Shown in pieces: positions 38,718-47,504 of a DNA stretch of 64,000 nucleotides. A program made the position numbers and the translations under genes. The first letter of the stretch is position 1. Each line of letters begins with the position of its first letter. This DNA is from an uncultured Planctomycetota bacterium (GTDB lineage: Bacteria; Planctomycetota; PLA2; JAEUHO01), in assembly GCA_963752285.1 (NCBI GenBank), contig CAVVXN010000005.1, forward strand, positions 1,824,001-1,888,000, in the 5' to 3' direction. The notes beneath the pieces are model-generated. The model made no database searches and was not told the DNA's origin. It was given only the letters and a program-made list of their open reading frames with translations.

Positions 38718-40178
38718 GTGGATGCCATGCACGACCACGAGACCGGCCCCCGCCCCGGATCGGATCCGCCCCCGCTGGACGAGCGGGAGGAGGAGCTGCT
38801 GAACGACCTCCTCGACGGTCGCCTGGACGAGGCGGGCGTACGGGAGACGAAGGAGCGGATCGGACGCCACGAGCCGACGCGCGAGGCGTGGGACCACATG
38901 CGCCGCCTGCGGGCCCTGCTCCGGCAGGACGACGGCGTTCGCGCGCCGCGCGCCTTCCTGGCGTCGGTCCACGCGCGCATCGCCGCCGGGACGGCCGAGG
39001 ACGGGCGACGTCACCTCCCTCCGGCGCGTCCCGCCGAGCGCGGGCGGACGTGGCGCGGTCTCGTGCCGTGGCTGTCCCTCGCCGCGGCCCTCGTCGTGGT
39101 GGGCGTCCTCGTGGGACGCCGCGCGCCGCTCTCGGAGCGCACGGCGGCCCCCCCGCGCCCGGGCCCGCTGGAATGGGCCGGGGCGACACGGAGCGACGCC
39201 CACGAGCGCGAGCGGCTCGCCCAGGACAAGGAAGCCGAGCTCGGGGCGCGCGCGGAGGCGGCGGCCCGGGCGCCCGCGCGGGGCGGGTTCGCGCCGGGCG
39301 ACGCCGTGTCCCCGGGTCTCCGCGCGCCCTCGGACGAGGCGTCCGCCCTGGCGAGCGCGGCGGACGACCGGTCCGTGGGAGCGACGGACGGCCTCACGCT
39401 CGAGGCCCCGGTGCTGACGGTCGTGCTCGAGGCGCCGTCGCTCACGGAGGGCCAGGCGCGCCTCGACCGCGTGCTCGCGTACGTGCGGAGCACCCGCGGC
39501 GCGGCGCTCGCCGGCGCGGCCGGCGCGCCCGCGGCCGGGGACGCCTTCGGGATCGCGGGCCGGGGCGCTCCGCGGACCTCGGTCCCGGCCGAGGCCCTCC
39601 TGATGCGACTCGTCCCGTCCGGGGATCGGGCGGCCGAGACCGCCGGCGGGGGCACCGTCATCGGCTCGCATACGATCGCCCTCGAAGCCGGCGACCTCGC
39701 GTGTCTCGAACGCCTCGTCCGGGCCCCCGCCGCGGCGGCTGGCGGAGGCGGCAGCGCGACGAAGAAGACGGACGGGCTCGAGCCCGCGGCGCCCGTCGCC
39801 GAGAACCGCCCCGACGCCGGGCCCCTGGCGGGCGCGGTGTCCGCGCCGCACGAGGCTCCGCCTCCCGCCGCGTCGCCTCCGTCCGCGTCGCCCTCCCCGG
39901 TCCCCCCCACCCCCACCGTCGCCTTGCCCCCGCCGCCGGATCCGGCGCCGTCGATCTCCCCGGTCGAGAAGGCGTCCGGCGCGGCGGCCCCGGCGTCCGA
40001 GCCGAGCGCGGACGGTCCGCGTCCCGGCGCGCCCAAGGCCGCCGCCGAGTCGGGCTCCGGCGCGGCGCCCGCAGGACGCGACGCGAAGTCCCCGGGCGCA
40101 GCGCGTCCGGAACCCATGACGAAGGACGCCGCGATCCGGCTCGTCCACCTGCGCGTGGTGTTCGTCCGGCCCCGGTGA
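38718..40178 (+). CDS. Putative membrane anti-sigma factor
   Basis: Directly after the ECF gene; ELLNDLLDGRL N-terminal anti-sigma-like helix, one TM helix, long Pro/Ala extracytoplasmic part. Confidence 0.75.
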   Translation: MDAMHDHETGPRPGSDPPPLDEREEELLNDLLDGRLDEAGVRETKERIGRHEPTREAWDHMRRLRALLRQDDGVRAPRAFLASVHARIAAGTAEDGRRHLPPARPAERGRTWRGLVPWLSLAAALVVVGVLVGRRAPLSERTAAPPRPGPLEWAGATRSDAHERERLAQDKEAELGARAEAAARAPARGGFAPGDAVSPGLRAPSDEASALASAADDRSVGATDGLTLEAPVLTVVLEAPSLTEGQARLDRVLAYVRSTRGAALAGAAGAPAAGDAFGIAGRGAPRTSVPAEALLMRLVPSGDRAAETAGGGTVIGSHTIALEAGDLACLERLVRAPAAAAGGGGSATKKTDGLEPAAPVAENRPDAGPLAGAVSAPHEAPPPAASPPSASPSPVPPTPTVALPPPPDPAPSISPVEKASGAAAPASEPSADGPRPGAPKAAAESGSGAAPAGRDAKSPGAARPEPMTKDAAIRLVHLRVVFVRPR

Positions 40179-40235
40179 CTCGGGCCGAGAGTCGGCGAGC
40201 GGCGCCCGACCGGCGTCGGCGCCCCCGTCCCTCGG

Positions 40236-41078
40236 TCAGCGGGAGCGCGCGGCGCGGGCCACGAGCACCGTGATGTTGTCGGGCCCGCCGCGGTCGTTCG
40301 CGAGCGTGATCAGCCGCTCGCACAGGTCGCCCGGCGACCCGCCGCGCTGCATCTCCTCCTCGAGCTCACGATTCCCCACCACCGCCGTGAGTCCGTCCGT
40401 GCAGAGCACGAGCGTGTCGCCGGGCTCGAGAGGCTCGGTCTGGTGCACGACGTCCAGGGGCTCGTCCGTGCCCAGCGCCTGGAGGATGATGTTCCGGCCG
40501 GCCATGCGCTCGGCCTCCTCCTCGCTGATGATGTTGTCCTCGATCAGCTTGCCCACCAGACTCTGGTCCTTCGTGAGCTGTCTGAGCTTCCCCCGATGGA
40601 AGAGGTACGCGCGGCTGTCCCCCACCTGCGCGACCTCCGCGTTCTCGCCCCGGACCCAGACCGCGGTGAGCGTCGTCCCCATCCCCCGCCGCTTCGGGTT
40701 GCTCTCGCCCTCGCCGCGGATGCAGGCGTGCGCGGCCTCGACGGAAGCCTTCAGCATCTCGCCGAAGCCGTTCCCGGCGAGCCGGTAGGGATCGACCCAG
40801 CGGGACCGCCGGGCCATCTCGGCGCCGAGCGTCTCCACCGCCAGGCCGCTCGCGACCTCGCCGGCGAGGGCGCCGCCCATCCCGTCCGCGACGGCGAGCA
40901 GCATGCCGGGGAAGACCGACTCCAGCTCGCCGTTCGTCTCGCCGAGGTGGGCGCCCGGGCTGCCGAGCGCGCTCGCCCAGAGCGCGTCCTCGTTGTTCGT
41001 GCGGACGCAGCCGGTGACGGAACGACCGCACCAGGTGAGGCGAAGGCGCGGCACGACCTCCTCGGGGTTCACCTGCAT
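40236..41078 (-). CDS. PP2C-family Ser/Thr phosphatase (Stp1/PrpC-like)
   Basis: RTNNED, VADGMGG..GEVAS, MGTT, VGDSRAY, LCTDGL, GGPDNIT. Confidence 0.94.
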   Translation of the reverse strand: MQVNPEEVVPRLRLTWCGRSVTGCVRTNNEDALWASALGSPGAHLGETNGELESVFPGMLLAVADGMGGALAGEVASGLAVETLGAEMARRSRWVDPYRLAGNGFGEMLKASVEAAHACIRGEGESNPKRRGMGTTLTAVWVRGENAEVAQVGDSRAYLFHRGKLRQLTKDQSLVGKLIEDNIISEEEAERMAGRNIILQALGTDEPLDVVHQTEPLEPGDTLVLCTDGLTAVVGNRELEEEMQRGGSPGDLCERLITLANDRGGPDNITVLVARAARSR

Positions 41079-41262
41079 GTGGGAAGAGACTCCCCCGTTG
41101 GACAGGTCCACATCCGCGCCCGTCGAGCCGTGTGCCCAAGGGGCGGTTCCCGGCATCGTCGCGCGGGAGAACCGTCTCGGGGCGCGAGCCACGGTACGGG
41201 AAGGTGGAGTCCCCATCAACGGACTTCAAGGGTGGGTCTGAACCATGGGCCGCCAGGTCACC

Positions 41263-41291
41263 TTGACGCTGCCCGCGCGGGTCTCGACAAT
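41263..41291 (+). promoter_or_regulatory. Sigma70-type promoter, probably leaderless transcript
   Basis: TTGACG-N17-GACAAT with GTG 6 nt downstream. Confidence 0.55.
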
Positions 41292-41297
41292 CCGCCC

Positions 41298-42581
41298 GTG
41301 TCGGCGAGACCCCCCTCGCTCCTCGGGTTGGGACTCCTCCTCGGTCTCCTCGTGGCCCGCGGCGCCCCCGCGCGGCCCGATCCCCCGGAGGTCGAGGTCC
41401 GGCCCATCGAGGGCGAGGCGCAGACGGGGCCGCTCCTCCAGATGGACGCGGAGGGCCTCCGGCTCGCCGAGGGGGGCGGCGGCGCGTTCGCGTGGAACGG
41501 CGTGGTGCGGGTCCGGGTGCTCGAGCCGGCCGTGCCGAAGCTCACGGCCACGCCCCACGTCCGGATCACGCTGGTGGGCGGCGAGGTCCTGCTCGGCCGG
41601 CTCGGGGACACGAGCGAGAACGGGTTCACGCTCTCGACGCCCGAGATGGGCGACGTCGCCCTGCGCTACGAGGACCTGCGGACCCTCGCCGTCGTACCCG
41701 GCGACGCGGACGCGTGTTTCGACGCGGAAGCGCGGTTCCCGCCCCGGGAGCACGGAGACGTCGTCCACCTGGTCGGGGGCGACGCCGTGACCGGTCTGCT
41801 CCTCGGCATGTCGGGGCAGGGCCTTCGGCTCAAGACCGATCGCGGGGACGAGCGGCAGGTCGCGTGGTCGGACGTCGCGGTGCTCCAGCTCGAGAACGAC
41901 GCCCCCCCCGCGACCGACGGCCTGGGGGTCGAGGTGGAGACGGTGGAGGGCGCACGCTTCACGTGCGCCGCGCCGCCCCGGCTCGAGGGCGGGTCGCTCC
42001 ACCTCGCCCTTCGCACGCGGCCGAAGCTCGAGCTCACCCTCCCGCTCGAGCGCGTCGTGGCGCTCCGACCTTCGGGCGGGAGCCTGGTCTACGCGTCGAA
42101 CCTCCCGTTCGAGTGGACCTTCGTCACGCCCTGGAACGACCGGGAGGCGTCGGGCGAGACGTACACGCGCTTCATGGACTCCTGGTACCGCGTCCGCGCC
42201 GACCGTCGTCCCACCGGGTGTCCCCTCGTCCTCGACGGCACGCGCTACCCGCACGGCTTCGCCGCGCACGCCGACTCCACGGTCACGATCGCGCTGGACG
42301 GCGGCTACGCACGGTTTGCGTGCGTGTGCGGGCTCGACGACTCGGCCCTCGCCCACGTGGAAGCCCGCGGCGGAGGCGTCGTGAACCTCCGCGTGCTCGG
42401 AGACGACCGCGTCCTCTGGCACGCGGAGAACGTCGCGCTGGGCGAGAAGCCCCACGAGACCGGCCCGCTCGACGTCGCCGGCGTGAAGAAGCTCGTGCTC
42501 GAGGCGAAGGCCGTCGGCATGAGCTTCATGTACGACCAGGTCACGTGGGCGGATCCCATTCTCGTGCGGGCGGCACCGTGA
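41298..42581 (+). CDS. Exported protein with C-terminal NPCBM/NEW2 domain
   Basis: Signal peptide; repeated L.GG(E/D).(L/V).G modules; YPHGFAAHADS..GLDD..LDVAGVKKLVLE..WADPIL. Confidence 0.8.
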   Translation: MSARPPSLLGLGLLLGLLVARGAPARPDPPEVEVRPIEGEAQTGPLLQMDAEGLRLAEGGGGAFAWNGVVRVRVLEPAVPKLTATPHVRITLVGGEVLLGRLGDTSENGFTLSTPEMGDVALRYEDLRTLAVVPGDADACFDAEARFPPREHGDVVHLVGGDAVTGLLLGMSGQGLRLKTDRGDERQVAWSDVAVLQLENDAPPATDGLGVEVETVEGARFTCAAPPRLEGGSLHLALRTRPKLELTLPLERVVALRPSGGSLVYASNLPFEWTFVTPWNDREASGETYTRFMDSWYRVRADRRPTGCPLVLDGTRYPHGFAAHADSTVTIALDGGYARFACVCGLDDSALAHVEARGGGVVNLRVLGDDRVLWHAENVALGEKPHETGPLDVAGVKKLVLEAKAVGMSFMYDQVTWADPILVRAAP

Positions 42582-42593
42582 CCCGCGCCGACC

Positions 42594-45467
42594 GTGATCC
42601 ACCTCGACCACGCGCCGGCGCTCGCGCTCCTCCTCGTCCTCGGACCGCTCGTCCTCCTGCTCGAGCTCCGCGCGGACGGGCCCCTCGGGCGGCGTCTGCT
42701 CCGCGCCGCGCTCAGAACCACCGTCGCGGCCCTCCTGCTCCTGGCCTGGGCGGGGCCGTCGGTCGACCGCGTCTCACCGACCGCGCGCCGCCGGCTGGTC
42801 GTGGCCGTCGAGCGGTCCGGGGACATGGGCGCGGCCGGGCTACGCGAGGCCCGGTCGATCGGGAGTCGGGCCCGCGCCGAGGCCGTGGCGAAGGGGTGGG
42901 CGGTGTCGTCCCTCTCGTTCACCGACGTCGCGCGCGACACGGAGGCGGGGACGGGCGAGGACCCGGACCCCGCGGCCGAGCCCGGCCCGACCCCCGGCCG
43001 CGCGCGCCCGGCCGCGGGCCTCGGCGCGGCGGGCCTTCGGCTCGAGCCCGGCGAGTCGGGCGAGGTCCTCCTTCTCGCGAGCGGCCGCGGGGACCTGTCG
43101 GGGCTCGGCGCGGCGGCGCGCGCGCTCGAGGCGGCGGGGCTCGCCGTCGTCGCGCGGGCGCTCCCCTCCGAGGCGCCGCCCCGGAGCGAGGGCGTGGTGC
43201 TCAGCTCGATCGACGCGCCCGCGCGGGCGCGGGGCCCGTTCGACGTGCGGGCCCGGGTCGCGGCGACCGGACCCGTGGACGTCGAGCTCCGCGCCGACGG
43301 CCACGTCGTCACGACACGCGCGCTCGACGCGACCCGCGGACCCGCGGACGTCGTGTTCGAGGACCTCGACCTCCCGCCCGGCGCGCACGAGCTCGCGATC
43401 GAGGCGCGACCGCGCGACGCGCCCACGACGGCGCGCCTCGCGCGACGCCTCGTCCTCGTCGAGGGCCCGCCACGCGTGCTCCTCTCGGTCGTGGACCCGC
43501 GGCGGGCGACCGTGAGACGCGCGCTCTCCGCCGAGGGATGGCCCGTAGACGCCGTGGAGCCGCCCGCTCTCGTCGCGGCCCTCGATCGCCGCGCCCACGA
43601 CGGCGCGGACCTGCGGCCCGAGGTGGTCGTCCTCGACGCCGCGTCCGCACGCGCGCTGGGCGAGGACGGACAGCGTGCGCTCGTCTCGCGCGTGAAGGAG
43701 GGGCTCGGACTCGTCCTGCTCGCGGGCGAGGACGCCGCCGCGTGGGATCCGCTCTCCACGGGACCGCTCGTGACCGTGCTCCCCCTGGTGCCTCGGCCGC
43801 CGCCGCCCGCCGCGCCGCCGCCGCCCCCGCCGAGCCCAACGCCCCAGCCGCCGACGCCGTTCGTCGAGCCCAAGCGGGAGGACGCGCCGGGCCACCACGC
43901 CGAACGGCGCCCCGAGGACGCGCTTCCGATCAGCCTGCTCCTCGTGCTCGACCGCAGCGGCAGCATGGAGGGCCCGAAGCTCGAGATGGCGATCGAGGCC
44001 GCGCGCCGCGCCGCCGCCGCGCTCTCGAAGGGGGACCGCGTGGGCGTCGTGACCTTCGCCGACGACGCGACGCTCGACGTTCCCCCCACGACGGTCTCCG
44101 AAATCGGCAACCTGGGCTGGTCGCTCCTCGGCGTGAAGGCGGGCGGCAACACCGACATCTACGCGGCGCTCCTCGAGGGCGCGCGCGTGCTGGCGAAGGA
44201 GAGCGCGCCGATCCGCCACCTCGTGCTGCTGACGGACGGTCATCACACGGGCCGCGAGGCGGTGTTCGGCCCGCTGATCGGCGAGATGGCGAAGCAGGGC
44301 ATCACGATTACGGCGGTGGGGCTCGGTCCCGACCACGACGACACGCTGCTCCGAAACGTCGCGATGTGGGCACCGCGCGGCCGCTACGTGCCCGCCGCGA
44401 CGGAGGACGCCCTGCCGACGATCCTCACGAACGACACGCTGCTCGTCCGCGAGCACCGGAGCGAGACGGCGAAGGCCCTGGGCCTCGTTCCCGAGGCGTC
44501 GGCGGGCGAGAAGCCTCCGAAGACGCCCGACGCGCCCCGGCCGACCCCGCCCCCGCCCACGCCCCCCGCGCCGGAGCCCAAGGGGCCGGACACGACGGCC
44601 GCGGCCGGGGGCGGGGCGGCGCTCGCGCCGCTCGTGGTGACGCGCCCCCACGAGGCGACGGAGGGTCTCGCCGAGCCGCTCCCCCGGGTCGCGCCCCCGC
44701 GGCCCTCGGACGTCCGCGCGGGCGCCGCGCTGCTCCTCGCCCGCGAGACGACGGCCGACGGCGCCTCGCGAGAGCCCGTGCTCGCGGCGGGGCGCCCGGG
44801 CCTCGGCCGCGTGCTGGCGCTCGCGCTCCCCGACTCGGACCCGGGGCTCCAGGCGTGGGACGGCACCGCACGGCTCCTCGTCCAGATGGTCCGCTCCGTC
44901 CGCGCGCCCGAGGGCGCGCTCTCTCCCGGCCCGCTCGCGAGCGTCCTTTACGCGCCGGACGGTGAGCGGCTCCGGCTCGACGCCCCCCCGGGCGCCTCGG
45001 CGCCCCCGGTCTCGGTCCGTTGGGAGACGACGGAGGACGACGGCGGCACGCGGACCGTGGACCTGGGCGAGTACGGCCCGGACGAGACGCGCGACCTCCT
45101 CCTCCCGCCGGCCCCTCCCGGACGGACGGCCGTGGTCACGATGACGCCCGCGGGGGCGGGAGGACGGGCCTTCACGCTCACGTACCTCGCGCGGGGCGCG
45201 CCGGCCGAGGGCCCCCGGGCGGGCGACCGGACGGCGCTCGCCGAGGCACTCGGACCCGGGGCGCTCGCGCGCCCGCTCCTCACCGCTCCCGTCGCTTCGT
45301 CGGCCCCCGGGCGCCGGCCTTGCGGACGGCTCGTGATCTTCCTCGCGATCCTCCTCCTGCCCCTCGACGTCGCCGCGCACCGCCACGCGACACGGGGGCA
45401 CGCGACACGGGGGCACGCGACACGGGGGCGCGCGACACGGGGGCACGCGGCCCGGAGGGCCTCGTGA
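42594..45467 (+). CDS. VWA-domain membrane protein
   Basis: N-terminal TM pair, intact MIDAS LDRSGSM..GGNTD..LLTDG, C-terminal TM helix. Confidence 0.85.
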   Translation: MIHLDHAPALALLLVLGPLVLLLELRADGPLGRRLLRAALRTTVAALLLLAWAGPSVDRVSPTARRRLVVAVERSGDMGAAGLREARSIGSRARAEAVAKGWAVSSLSFTDVARDTEAGTGEDPDPAAEPGPTPGRARPAAGLGAAGLRLEPGESGEVLLLASGRGDLSGLGAAARALEAAGLAVVARALPSEAPPRSEGVVLSSIDAPARARGPFDVRARVAATGPVDVELRADGHVVTTRALDATRGPADVVFEDLDLPPGAHELAIEARPRDAPTTARLARRLVLVEGPPRVLLSVVDPRRATVRRALSAEGWPVDAVEPPALVAALDRRAHDGADLRPEVVVLDAASARALGEDGQRALVSRVKEGLGLVLLAGEDAAAWDPLSTGPLVTVLPLVPRPPPPAAPPPPPPSPTPQPPTPFVEPKREDAPGHHAERRPEDALPISLLLVLDRSGSMEGPKLEMAIEAARRAAAALSKGDRVGVVTFADDATLDVPPTTVSEIGNLGWSLLGVKAGGNTDIYAALLEGARVLAKESAPIRHLVLLTDGHHTGREAVFGPLIGEMAKQGITITAVGLGPDHDDTLLRNVAMWAPRGRYVPAATEDALPTILTNDTLLVREHRSETAKALGLVPEASAGEKPPKTPDAPRPTPPPPTPPAPEPKGPDTTAAAGGGAALAPLVVTRPHEATEGLAEPLPRVAPPRPSDVRAGAALLLARETTADGASREPVLAAGRPGLGRVLALALPDSDPGLQAWDGTARLLVQMVRSVRAPEGALSPGPLASVLYAPDGERLRLDAPPGASAPPVSVRWETTEDDGGTRTVDLGEYGPDETRDLLLPPAPPGRTAVVTMTPAGAGGRAFTLTYLARGAPAEGPRAGDRTALAEALGPGALARPLLTAPVASSAPGRRPCGRLVIFLAILLLPLDVAAHRHATRGHATRGHATRGRATRGHAARRAS
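45384..45449 (+). repeat. 15-bp tandem repeat, about 4.4 copies (encodes HATRG repeats)
   Basis: CACGCGACACGGGGG starting at 45384, 45399, 45414, 45429 (one mismatch), partial at 45444. Confidence 0.9.
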
Positions 45468-46474
45468 CGAAGCCCGTGCTCGCGCTCTGTGTGGGCGACC
45501 CGTCGGGCATCGGGCCCGAGATCGCCCTGCGTCTCCTCCTCGAGGCGGAACGGCTCCCCGCGCGTCTGCTGCTGCTCGGGAGCGAGGACGCGCTCCGCCG
45601 GGACGCCGCGCTCGTCCCGGGCGCGGTCGTCCCGCCCCGGGTGGACGGCCCGGAAGCCTTCACGGCCTCGGACCTCGCGGTCGCCCTGTTCGAGCCGGGC
45701 CCGCCGCTTCGGCCGCTCCCCCCCGTCGGCGTGGTGGACCCGCGGGCGGGCGCGGCGAGCCACGCCTGGGTGCTCGCGGGGGCACGACTCGCGCTCGAGG
45801 GCCGCGTGGCGGGACTCGTGACCGGGCCCATCTCGAAGGGGGCGTGGCGGAAGGCGGGCGTGACCTCGCCCGGTCACACCGAGGCGCTCTGCGACCTCGC
45901 GGGCGTGCCGCGCGTGCTGATGCTCCTCGTCGGCGCGCGCCTCCGGGTCGCCCTGGCGACGATCCACGTGCCGCTCCGTGACGTTCCCTCGCTCCTCGAC
46001 ATGGGCGCTCTCACCGAGGGCCTGGTGCTCCTCGCGAGCGACCTCCGGCGCTTCGGCGTGGCGGAGCGGCCGCGGATCGCGGTCGCGGGACTGAACCCGC
46101 ACGCCGGCGAGGGCGGGCTCTTCGGGCGCGAGGAGAACGACGTGATCGAGCCGGCGGTCGAGGCCGCGCGCGGCCGCGGCGTGGACGCGTGGGGCCCGCT
46201 GCCCGCCGACGCGTGCATCCCGGCCGCCGCCGCCGGCTCCTACGACGCGGTCCTCGCGATGTACCACGACCAGGCGCTCCCGGCGGTGAAGGCCCTCGCG
46301 CCGCGCCGGGCCGTGAACGTCACGCTGGGCCTCCCGTTCCTGAGGACCTCCGTGGACCACGGAACGGCGTTCGACGTGGCGGGCCGAGGCGTCGCCACGG
46401 CGTCGTCGCTCGAGGAGGCGGTTCGCCTCGCGAGCCTGTGGACCCGAAACCGCGCGATCGCGGCTCAATCCTGA
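45464..46474 (+). CDS. pdxA: 4-hydroxythreonine-4-phosphate dehydrogenase
   Basis: GDPSGIGPEI, GHTE, GLNPHAGE, MYHDQ, RTSVDHGTAFD. Confidence 0.96.
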   Translation: MTKPVLALCVGDPSGIGPEIALRLLLEAERLPARLLLLGSEDALRRDAALVPGAVVPPRVDGPEAFTASDLAVALFEPGPPLRPLPPVGVVDPRAGAASHAWVLAGARLALEGRVAGLVTGPISKGAWRKAGVTSPGHTEALCDLAGVPRVLMLLVGARLRVALATIHVPLRDVPSLLDMGALTEGLVLLASDLRRFGVAERPRIAVAGLNPHAGEGGLFGREENDVIEPAVEAARGRGVDAWGPLPADACIPAAAAGSYDAVLAMYHDQALPAVKALAPRRAVNVTLGLPFLRTSVDHGTAFDVAGRGVATASSLEEAVRLASLWTRNRAIAAQS

Positions 46475-46552
46475 CGGGTCCCGCGCCGACCGAACGAGGG
46501 GACGGCCGAGGTCGCGCCGCGTCGATCGGGTCGGGTAGGATCCGCACGGGTC

Positions 46553-47110
46553 GTGGCCGGGACCGGGGCGAGAGCATTGCCGAAGAAGACCACCGATCTC
46601 CTCGACGTCTTCCGCCACCGTCCGGTGGAGGGCGGTTCGAGCGGGCGGCCGTCGAAGCGCCGCGCCTCGCGGTCGAAGGACCGCGCCTTCGAGGGCGTCT
46701 TCCTCGCGCCCCGCCAGCTCCTCTTCGTCTCCGCGATCGGCGTGCTCCTGCTCGCGCTCTCCTTCACCGTGGGTCTCGGCTTCGGACGCCACGGGGCCGA
46801 GCGTCCCACCCTCGAGAAGACGACGTCGGGCTCCTGGTGGATCCTCGGCCGGATGGGCGGCACCGACCCCGCCGGGCGTCCCCTCGACCCGGACCAGGTG
46901 AAGGCCGAGCTCGTGCGCGTACACGGCCTTCCCGCGCAGAACCTCCGGGTCGAGACCACGTCCGAGGGCGGTCTCGTCGTCTACCTCGGGCCCTGGACGG
47001 AGAAGGCCCCGGCCGAGGAGTACCTGCGGATCCACCACCTGGACGCGTCGGTCCTGCTCCGGGGCTCCGCCCCGTTCAGCCACGCGAAGGTGGTCTCCCG
47101 GGGGCGCTGA
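46553..47110 (+). CDS. Single-TM hypothetical protein, possibly SPOR-like C-terminus
   Basis: One TM helix (LLFVSAIGVLLLALSFTVGLGFG), VVYLGPW..AEEYL. Confidence 0.55.
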   Translation: MAGTGARALPKKTTDLLDVFRHRPVEGGSSGRPSKRRASRSKDRAFEGVFLAPRQLLFVSAIGVLLLALSFTVGLGFGRHGAERPTLEKTTSGSWWILGRMGGTDPAGRPLDPDQVKAELVRVHGLPAQNLRVETTSEGGLVVYLGPWTEKAPAEEYLRIHHLDASVLLRGSAPFSHAKVVSRGR

Positions 47111-47219
47111 GCGCGGTCCCGCCGCCCGGTGCGAACGCGGGGCGCCGCCGGACCTGGGGTACCATCCTGGGCTCGCCGACCGGGCCGGTCGTGGCCCGCC
47201 TCTTCCCCCTGGGTGCGCC

Positions 47220-47450
47220 ATGTCCATCCACAAGAGCCTCAAGCTGAAGAACACGCTCGCCCGCCAGCGGAGCGTCCTGTCCCGCTGGGAGCGAATCGTG
47301 AAGCTCACGGAGGACGGGCGCTTCGAGGCGGGCCGCTCGGTGATGGGCCTCCCCAAGGTCCGCACCAAATTCCGCGTCCGCGTACGGAAGGTCGTCGCGC
47401 CGGGCGAGGGCGAGGCCAAGCCCGGCGAGGGCGAGGCGCCGAAGGCCTGA
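47220..47450 (+). CDS. PVC superphylum small basic protein
   Basis: MSIHKSLK..RSVLSRWERI..GLPKVR matches the Chlamydiae/Verrucomicrobia/Planctomycetes small basic protein pattern. Confidence 0.9.
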   Translation: MSIHKSLKLKNTLARQRSVLSRWERIVKLTEDGRFEAGRSVMGLPKVRTKFRVRVRKVVAPGEGEAKPGEGEAPKA

Positions 47451-47504
47451 GGACGGCGGCGAAGCCTCGCCCCCGGCCGAGGTCGGCCGCCGGCCCCGCG
47501 CCCG

